From positions 5,482 through 69,481 of the forward strand of contig CALXKM010000021.1 in NCBI GenBank assembly GCA_944388865.1: a stretch of DNA of 64,000 nt. The letters are read 5' to 3'. A program made the translations under genes and the position numbers. Origin of the DNA: an uncultured Duodenibacillus sp. (lineage in GTDB: Bacteria > Pseudomonadota > Gammaproteobacteria > Burkholderiales > Burkholderiaceae_F). The notes under the pieces were generated by a model. The model was not told the DNA's origin. It did no database searches and saw only the letters and a program-made list of their open reading frames with translations. Positions 57,477-64,000 of this stretch are shown one piece after another (within the stretch, counting starts at the first letter, position 1; each line of letters opens with the position of its first letter).

Positions 57477-60400
57477 ATGGCTCACCAATCGAAAAATCCC
57501 TTTGACGTCTTGCGTACTCTGACCAATATCAGACAAGCCGTGTCGACGACGTCTGCGACAGGCAAAAAGTCTGCTGCGGCCATGCGCTTTGCCGATGCCG
57601 GCATCCGCGCCGCCGCTCAAAAAGAAAGCGAGAAAACAATCGAAAAAGAAAAAAGCACTGCGCAAACTGCTGCCCAAAGGGTTCAGCAAAAGGCTGCTTT
57701 TGTGGATTCCGGCGCTGCGCGCGAGAGCATCGTGCGGCCGGTGCGCAAAAGGCCGTTGACAAAGAACGTGCGCAGCGACTCGTCTCGCTCCTTCTTAGCC
57801 GAGAGTGAAAAAAAATCTTCGCAGCCATTGACAGGGAAAGAGCAAAGCGGATTTGCTGCTCTTAAGGGTTTTGCTGCGCAACAAAAAGCCGCGGACAAAG
57901 CTGTCGTTGAGGGATCCAAAAAACTCGATCAGGAAAAAGGCAAACAAAAAACGCGCGGCAATTTGGGTGAAAAAAATCAAAGCGTCGCTTCAGAGTCCGT
58001 GCGTACGCCTTCTTTGAACGAAGAGCGAGAACATCGCGCAAAGACAGTCTTAAAGGTCAATGCCGCTCTGAAGGCCAGGAAAAATCCGAAGGCAGCGCTG
58101 ATAAACAAAGATGAAAACCAGCAAAGGCCGAAAGTAAAAAGCAAAGCAAAACAATCTTTCGGATCATCTGATGCCAAGGATGTTTTGCAAAAATCCGTTG
58201 CTTTTGCCGCTCCCAACTCGGTGACGGTTCCCATCGAGCTAGCCCCGGGGCTTCCCGTGAGCGAACACGCCCAAGAGCTCATTGAGGCCATTAAAAGCCA
58301 TCAAGTCATCATCGTCTGCGGCGAGACTGGCTCGGGCAAGACAACGCAGCTTCCTAAGCTCTGTCTGCTGGCTGGTCGTGGCCTCAAGGGGCTTATCGGA
58401 CACACCCAGCCAAGGCGCATTGCGGCAAGTTCCATTGCCAAGCGCATCGCTCACGAACTGAACACCCAGGTGGGCGAGGTGGTGGGCTACAAGGTGCGCT
58501 TTACAGACAAGACCATGCCGGGGGCAGCAATAAAGCTTATGACTGACGGCATTTTGCTGGCAGAAACGCAGACCGATCCGCTTTTAAAGCACTACGACAC
58601 GATCATCATTGACGAAGCGCATGAGCGCTCGATCAACATTGATTTCCTATTGGGATATCTCAAACGGATTCTTGCCAAGCGCAGGGATCTCAAGGTGATC
58701 GTCACCTCGGCCACGATTGACGCCGAGCGCTTTGCCAAACATTTTGAAATTGACGGCAAAGCCGCTCCCGTTTATACGATTTCGGGGCGCACCTATCCCG
58801 TGGAGATTCGCTATCGGCCGGTTGAAGATCTCGATGAAGACGATGACCGCACGCTGATGGATGCGGTGGCCGATGCCTGCGATGAGCTGCAGATGGCAGG
58901 GCGCGGCGACATTCTCGTCTTCTTGCCGGGAGAGCGCGAAATTCGCGAGGCGGCAGAGGTTTTGCGCCGCCGAAATAGACCCGCGTCTGTGGAAATTTTG
59001 CCCTTGTACGCGAGGCTTTCGGCCGAAGAGCAAGAACGTGTTTTTGCCAGCGGCGGCCTGCGGCGCATTGTGCTTGCGACAAACGTTGCCGAAACCTCAA
59101 TCACGGTGCCCGGCATTCGATATGTGGTCGATACGGGCTTGGCGCGCGTCAAGCGCTATTCATACCGCAACAAGGTCGAGCAGCTTTTGGTCGAGCCTGT
59201 GAGCAAGGCTTCGGCCAATCAACGAGCAGGCCGGTGCGGGCGCGTGGCCAACGGCATCTGCATTCGGCTTTTTGATGAAAACAATTGGGCGCGACGCCCT
59301 GACTATACCGATCCCGAGATCATGCGCTCAAATCTTGCAGCAGTGATTTTGCGCATGAAAAGCCTCAGGCTCGGAGATGTGCGCGACTTTCCCTTCGTGC
59401 AGGCGCCTCCGGCGCGCGCCATTGCCGACGGGTACTCGATATTGGCTGAGCTCAATGCCATCGACAAGGACGGGCATCTCACCGACATCGGCTGGAGTCT
59501 GGCGAAGCTTCCCGTGGATCCGAGGCTTGCGCGCATGCTCTTGGAGGCAGCCAGACGCAACGCGCTCAAAGAGGCGCTTATCATCGTCTCGGGGCTCTCC
59601 ATTCAGGATCCGCGCGACCGTCCTGTGCAGGCGCAGGATGCGGCCGATGCTGCTCACAAGCGCTTTGCCGACGAGCGAAGCGACTTTCTTGCGTACCTCA
59701 AGATGTGGGACTGGTATGAAAAGGCTTTTGCACAGAAGGCTTCCAACAGGCTTTTTACCGAGGAGATGCACCGCGTTTTTCTGTCACCGCGCCGCATGCG
59801 CGAGTGGCGAGACGTCTGGCGGCAGCTTGCGGAGTTGGCAGCCGGCATGGGCTGGCGCGAAAACACAGAGCCCGCCACCTATGAGGAGCTGCACCGTGCG
59901 CTTTTAAGCGGTCTTTTGGGCAATCTGGGCTTAAGGCAGCTTGACGCCGATTTTCGTGCGCCGCCTTATTTGGGCGCGCGCGGCATTCACTTCTGGGTGT
60001 GGCCGGGGTCTGCGCTTGCCAAAAAGGGCGGCAAGTGGATCATGGCCGCAGAGCTTGTCGAAACGAGCAGGCTCTTTGCCAGGTGCGTTGCCGATATTGA
60101 GCCCGAATGGGTTGAAGCGGCTGCTTTGCATTTGATGAAAAAAAGCTGGAGCGAGCCGCATTGGGAGAAAAAGAGAGCCGAAGTAGTCGCCTTCGAGCGC
60201 GGGGCGCTCTACGGCATGACGGTCTACGCGCAGCGGCGCGTGCAGTTTGCTCCGCACGACCCCAAAACGGCGCGCGAAATTTTTATTCGTGAAGCGCTCG
60301 TTGAGGGTGAGTTTGAAACAAGAGCGCCTTTTCTCGCGCACAATCAAAAGCTCGTGCGCGAGATCCGTGATTTAGAAAACAAATCGCGAAGACCCGATGT

Positions 60401-61973
60401 GCTCGTCGATGAAGAGACGATCTACGGCTTTTATGACAAGATTTTGGACGAAAGCGTCGTCGGCGGCTCAACGTTTGAGAAGTGGCGCAAAACGGCCGAG
60501 GAGAAAAATCCCAAGCTTCTTTTTTTGGAAAAAGAAGAGCTTATGCGCCACGATGCAAGCTCGGTGACGGTGCAGTATTTTCCCAAGACGCTTGAGACGG
60601 CCGGCATCCCGATGGCGCTTACCTATCACTTTGAGCCGGGTGCTGCGCGCGACGGCGTGACGCTTGCCGTTCCCATCTATGCGCTCAACCAGGTCGATGC
60701 CGTGCGCTGCCAGTGGCTTGTGCCGGGCATGCTCAAAGAGAAGGTCAGAGCGCTCATCAAGTCGCTGCCGCAGCGCTATCGGCGCCATTGTGTGCCCATT
60801 GATCAATATGCCGAAGGGTTTTATGCTCGCACGCAGGGCGTGCAGAAAGGCACGATGGCGCTTGTCGATGCGCTCATCGAAGACATTCGCGAACAAACGC
60901 GGGTTGTGTGCGAGAGAACCGACTTTAAGATCGAGTTTTTGCCCAAGCACCTTTTCATGAACTTCAAGGTCATTGACGAGCACGGCAGACAGCTTGCCAT
61001 GGGGAGAAATTTGGCCGAGCTTCGCTCTGAACTGGGAAAAGAAGCGCAGGACGCCTTTCAGAACATGGCTCAGGCCGACGCATCGATTGCCGAAGATCTG
61101 GCCGAGCACATCACCACCTGGTCTTTCGGAGAGCTTCCGGAACTCATGGAAATCAACCGAAAAGGCCGGCAGCTCATCGGACATCCTGCGCTCGTTGATC
61201 GAGGCGAAGACTGCTCGCTTGAGGTGTTTGATGATCTTGAAGAGGCAAAAAAAGCGCATCGCGCTGGGCTCAGACGACTTTTTACCCTGCAGCTGCGCGA
61301 GCAGGTGAAGTACCTCGAGCGCAATTTGGGCGGCTTGCAGCGCGTGCAGATGCAGTGCTCGGTGGTTGAGCCCGCGGCGCGCGCTTTTGAAAGCACTCAG
61401 GCGCTTGTCGCCGACGTGGTCGCCGCCTCCATCGAAACGGCGGCCATGCAGGAGCCTTGGCCTGTGGATGCCGTCAGTTTCGGGGCGAGAAAAGACGAGG
61501 CTCGCAGCAGACTCACGCTCATCGGCGGCGAGTATCTGCGTTTGATGCAGGATCTCGCCGCTGAGCTCTCGCAGATTCCAAAAAGGCTTCAGGCCGTGCG
61601 CGGGTGGCCTGCCGCGGTCAAAGATGTTGAAGAGCAGCTGCGCTTGCTTTTTGAGCCGCACTTTTTGATTTCCGTTGATCATTCGCACGTCAAGCACTAC
61701 GTACGCTATGTGCGGGCCGTCAACGTGAGGCTTGAGAAATTAAGAAACGATCCGGCCCGAGATGCTGCGCGCATGGCCGAGGTTCAGTCGCTGCAGACGG
61801 CCTTTAGAAGAGAACTTGCAGCCAGAAAAGGCAAAGTGGATGTCAGACTCACTGAATTTCGCTGGCTTCTTGAGGAGCTGAGGGTGTCTCTTTTTGCGCA
61901 GGAACTCAAAACCCCGATGCCTGTGAGCGTCAAGCGTCTTGCCAGAGTCTGGGAGTCGATCAGAAGACTTTAG
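57477..61973 (+). CDS. hrpA: ATP-dependent RNA helicase HrpA (DEAH box) with an extended low-complexity N-terminus
   Basis: GETGSGKTTQLPK, IIDEAHERS, SATID, LPGEREI, TNVAETS and QRAGRCGR, followed by the long HrpA C-terminal region. ATG 57477 is preferred; the track ORF starts at 57396. Confidence 0.95.
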   Translation: MAHQSKNPFDVLRTLTNIRQAVSTTSATGKKSAAAMRFADAGIRAAAQKESEKTIEKEKSTAQTAAQRVQQKAAFVDSGAARESIVRPVRKRPLTKNVRSDSSRSFLAESEKKSSQPLTGKEQSGFAALKGFAAQQKAADKAVVEGSKKLDQEKGKQKTRGNLGEKNQSVASESVRTPSLNEEREHRAKTVLKVNAALKARKNPKAALINKDENQQRPKVKSKAKQSFGSSDAKDVLQKSVAFAAPNSVTVPIELAPGLPVSEHAQELIEAIKSHQVIIVCGETGSGKTTQLPKLCLLAGRGLKGLIGHTQPRRIAASSIAKRIAHELNTQVGEVVGYKVRFTDKTMPGAAIKLMTDGILLAETQTDPLLKHYDTIIIDEAHERSINIDFLLGYLKRILAKRRDLKVIVTSATIDAERFAKHFEIDGKAAPVYTISGRTYPVEIRYRPVEDLDEDDDRTLMDAVADACDELQMAGRGDILVFLPGEREIREAAEVLRRRNRPASVEILPLYARLSAEEQERVFASGGLRRIVLATNVAETSITVPGIRYVVDTGLARVKRYSYRNKVEQLLVEPVSKASANQRAGRCGRVANGICIRLFDENNWARRPDYTDPEIMRSNLAAVILRMKSLRLGDVRDFPFVQAPPARAIADGYSILAELNAIDKDGHLTDIGWSLAKLPVDPRLARMLLEAARRNALKEALIIVSGLSIQDPRDRPVQAQDAADAAHKRFADERSDFLAYLKMWDWYEKAFAQKASNRLFTEEMHRVFLSPRRMREWRDVWRQLAELAAGMGWRENTEPATYEELHRALLSGLLGNLGLRQLDADFRAPPYLGARGIHFWVWPGSALAKKGGKWIMAAELVETSRLFARCVADIEPEWVEAAALHLMKKSWSEPHWEKKRAEVVAFERGALYGMTVYAQRRVQFAPHDPKTAREIFIREALVEGEFETRAPFLAHNQKLVREIRDLENKSRRPDVLVDEETIYGFYDKILDESVVGGSTFEKWRKTAEEKNPKLLFLEKEELMRHDASSVTVQYFPKTLETAGIPMALTYHFEPGAARDGVTLAVPIYALNQVDAVRCQWLVPGMLKEKVRALIKSLPQRYRRHCVPIDQYAEGFYARTQGVQKGTMALVDALIEDIREQTRVVCERTDFKIEFLPKHLFMNFKVIDEHGRQLAMGRNLAELRSELGKEAQDAFQNMAQADASIAEDLAEHITTWSFGELPELMEINRKGRQLIGHPALVDRGEDCSLEVFDDLEEAKKAHRAGLRRLFTLQLREQVKYLERNLGGLQRVQMQCSVVEPAARAFESTQALVADVVAASIETAAMQEPWPVDAVSFGARKDEARSRLTLIGGEYLRLMQDLAAELSQIPKRLQAVRGWPAAVKDVEEQLRLLFEPHFLISVDHSHVKHYVRYVRAVNVRLEKLRNDPARDAARMAEVQSLQTAFRRELAARKGKVDVRLTEFRWLLEELRVSLFAQELKTPMPVSVKRLARVWESIRRL

Positions 61974-62173
61974 AGAAGATGCGGCAAATTGTGCAAGAAG
62001 ATGTCAATGCAAACCGAAACGGTGGGATTAAAGAGACAGGCAAAAATTGTAAAACCGTCAAAAAGTCCTCTAAAAACAATATATAATCCTGCGGTTTTGT
62101 TTTTTGACCGTTTGTTTTCATTGTGATTTCCCGCGATCAGACTCAATCGATAGCTTGTGCGCCTTTTGAAACG

Positions 62174-63181
62174 ATGCAGCGCATGTTTTGGATGACTCTT
62201 TGCACCCTTGCCTGCATGGTCTCGCTTCTTGGGGCGGGAGCTTGTCAGGCGGCGGGAGCGGCTGTTGCAACGTATACGCCGCGCTCCTTTTCAGTGGCGA
62301 CGGTTAAGGCGCAGACTGCCAAGGCCCCTGCGGCCAAGCGCAGATTAAGGCGCAATTCTCTTTCGGTGGCCTCGCAGTCGGGGTTGCGCGAAACGCCCGA
62401 TCCGCTTGCGCTTTCTAGTTCCGTGGCCTACATGATTGATCAGGATACGGGCGAAGTCTATTTTGAAAAAAACGCCTACATCAAGCTTCCCATTGCTTCC
62501 GTCACCAAGCTCATGACGGCGTTGGTGATTGCCGAAAGCGAGCTTCCCTTAAAGACCAAGCTCAAGGTGACGCGCGCCGACTATGTCAAAAGCACGGCCG
62601 AGAGCAAGTTGAGAAGCGGCATGGTGCTTACCCGCGAGGACGCTTTGCGTGCCGCTCTCATGAGCTCAGACAACAGAGCCGCGCACATGCTTGCGCGCAC
62701 GTATCCGGGCGGGGTCAAGGTTTTTGTGGAAAAGATGAACGAAACCGCCCGTGAGCTCGGCATGACCGACAGCTTCTTTTCGGATCCCACGGGGCTCTCG
62801 AATGAAAACGTTTCCACTGCACACGATCTTGCCATCTTGGCTTCGCGCGTGCACAGCTACCCCGTGCTTGCCAAGGCTTCAACGGGAGCCGTGGCGCTTC
62901 TCAATACCGGAGCCTCCAAAGTGCGCCTGATGACCACCAATCGGTTGATTGGCGATCCTCGTTGGAATGTGGGCCTGCAAAAGACGGGCTACACGCGTGC
63001 GGCTGGCCGCTGCATGGTCGTGCAAAGCGAATTTGCCGGGCACCGCGTCGTGATGGTGGTGCTCGATTCCGAAACCAACGGCAAGCGTGCCAACGACATG
63101 CTCAAGATGCGCCGTTGGCTAGAGGACGAAGTGCGCTTTGAAAGCCAATTTGCCGGCGTTGCGCCCTACGGTCTGATGTAG
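62174..63181 (+). CDS. pbpG: D-alanyl-D-alanine endopeptidase (PBP7-like, peptidase S11)
   Basis: Signal peptide MQRMFWMTLCTLACMVSLLGAGACQA. Motifs SVTKLMT (SxxK), SSDN (SxN) and KTGYT (KTG), collinear with E. coli PbpG as I recall it. Confidence 0.9.
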   Translation: MQRMFWMTLCTLACMVSLLGAGACQAAGAAVATYTPRSFSVATVKAQTAKAPAAKRRLRRNSLSVASQSGLRETPDPLALSSSVAYMIDQDTGEVYFEKNAYIKLPIASVTKLMTALVIAESELPLKTKLKVTRADYVKSTAESKLRSGMVLTREDALRAALMSSDNRAAHMLARTYPGGVKVFVEKMNETARELGMTDSFFSDPTGLSNENVSTAHDLAILASRVHSYPVLAKASTGAVALLNTGASKVRLMTTNRLIGDPRWNVGLQKTGYTRAAGRCMVVQSEFAGHRVVMVVLDSETNGKRANDMLKMRRWLEDEVRFESQFAGVAPYGLM

Positions 63182-63504
63182 GCGGGAAGACTGAAATTTT
63201 TGCGACAAGAAAAAAGAGTCGTTTTGGGCCTTTGAGCGTGCTGCGTTCGAAGGCTTTTTTGTCTGACGAGCTTGAAGAACCGTCGATGCCAGTGCGCAAG
63301 GAAAGTCAGAAGAAATGCGCGGCTTTTGTGCCGCAAGAGGATCAGAGAGGCTTGCGGGCATTTTCTGCGCTCTATAATGGTTTGAAAGCATCTGGCTGCA
63401 GGCGTTTGGAGTGCCCTTTTGCCGCTTGAAAGGCTTTTTTCAAAAAGCGGTGCGCGCGGTTGTGTGTGAAGAGGCCGTCTGCAGCATTTTCGAGGAGAAA
63501 TTGC

Positions 63505-64000
63505 ATGAAAACCATCGGCATTGTCGCGGGACACCATCAAGAGGATGCCTTAAAGCTTAAGGCTGCCATTCTCAAGCAGGATGCGGGCGTCGAGATCATG
63601 ATTGACGACGGCGAATTCAAAATCGATGAGGCTTTCAAGAAGGCCGACTGCAAGATCAACAACTTCAACGCCGTTGAGCGCCTCCGTGCGCGCGGCGCGC
63701 AGGTGATCGGCTTTAGCTGCGGCTGTCCGCACGCGTTTTTCTCTGAACTGCAGACGGAGACGACTACGCGGCTTGTTGATCCGTGTGATGAAGCGGGCAC
63801 GCGGCTTGATGCCGCGCAGTATGCCGCAAAAATTCTTGCTGCTGACGTCAAGCCCTTGCCCAAGCCTTTTAAGGTGGGGCTCGTGGGCGGCCTGGGCCCG
63901 GCCGCAACCGTTGACCTCTACGACAAGATCACGCGCGCGTGGCCAGCCAAGAACGACCAGGAGCACTTCAAGGTGGTGGTCGAGCAAAATCCTCAGACGC
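63505..64000 (+). CDS. Asp/Glu-racemase-family protein, 5' partial (runs off the window end). Not in the supplied ORF track.
   Basis: My own translation from ATG 63505 (behind gaggag) is open to the window end. It begins MKTIGIVAGHH. At about aa 124-140 it has VGLVGGLGPAATVDLYDKI, then KNDQEHFKVVVEQNPQ, the aspartate-racemase N-terminal signature. The antisense track ORFs here look spurious. Confidence 0.6.
   Translation, partial: MKTIGIVAGHHQEDALKLKAAILKQDAGVEIMIDDGEFKIDEAFKKADCKINNFNAVERLRARGAQVIGFSCGCPHAFFSELQTETTTRLVDPCDEAGTRLDAAQYAAKILAADVKPLPKPFKVGLVGGLGPAATVDLYDKITRAWPAKNDQEHFKVVVEQNPQT

Noticed and set aside
60468-61697. 409-aa minus-strand ORF inside hrpA. The 252-aa ORF at 15817..16575 inside hscA and the 187-aa ORF at 8210..8773 inside the AbiL-like ATPase are the same case.
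   Set aside because: All are antisense shadows of confidently identified genes with no independent signals.
62040-62125. Imperfect 13-nt inverted repeat (AAACCGTCAAAAA / TTTTTGACCGTTT, one mismatch) flanking a TATATAAT-like element upstream of pbpG
   Set aside because: It may be a promoter with an operator, but it is AT-rich, low-complexity sequence with a mismatch. The support is insufficient.
1-64000. Search by eye for CRISPR arrays, tRNA/rRNA genes, IS elements, integrases or recombinases, and long repeats flanking the two AT-rich islets
   Set aside because: I recognised none. No regularly spaced repeats, no tRNA-like GGTTCGAAT-type arms in intergenic DNA, and no transposase- or integrase-like ORFs. 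A computational repeat and tRNA scan would be needed to exclude short or degenerate elements.

Overview
This looks like a chromosomal segment of a Gram-negative, probably anaerobic or facultative proteobacterium. The taxon is only an inference from gene content: an isc/hsc operon, TonB-dependent uptake, a recJ-prfB-lysS neighbourhood, and DcuC and ChuW-type anaerobic functions. Most of the window is dense, high-GC housekeeping DNA (hand counts of sampled lines give about 55-60% G+C).

Housekeeping content:
- a YejABEF-like peptide ABC importer
- a complete iscRSUA-hscBA-fdx-iscX cluster
- a MATE exporter, xthA, a NUDIX hydrolase and a 1299-aa SNF2 helicase
- yadGH behind a DtxR-family regulator
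- lysS, and prfB with its classical +1 frameshift site
- recJ, a PAS histidine kinase with a FixJ-type regulator, rpiA, yggX, argA, hrpA, pbpG and a partial racemase-like gene

Four regions stand out:
1. An AT-rich 2-kb islet (24.4-26.5 kb) holds an ABC/SMC-type ATPase translationally coupled to a 181-aa protein with a PD-(D/E)xK-like motif. This is my best candidate for an undescribed two-gene defence system.
2. A second AT-rich islet (6.8-8.8 kb) holds an AbiL-like AAA ATPase plus an RloB-like protein.
3. An 11-gene haem utilisation locus (28.7-38.4 kb) has an ECF-type transporter module where the usual periplasmic-binding-protein ABC importer would sit.
4. A LysR-controlled catabolic module appears to be inserted between recJ and prfB.

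Two decayed DUF4143-type ATPase genes follow the haem locus. I saw no rRNA, tRNA, CRISPR, transposase or integrase genes.
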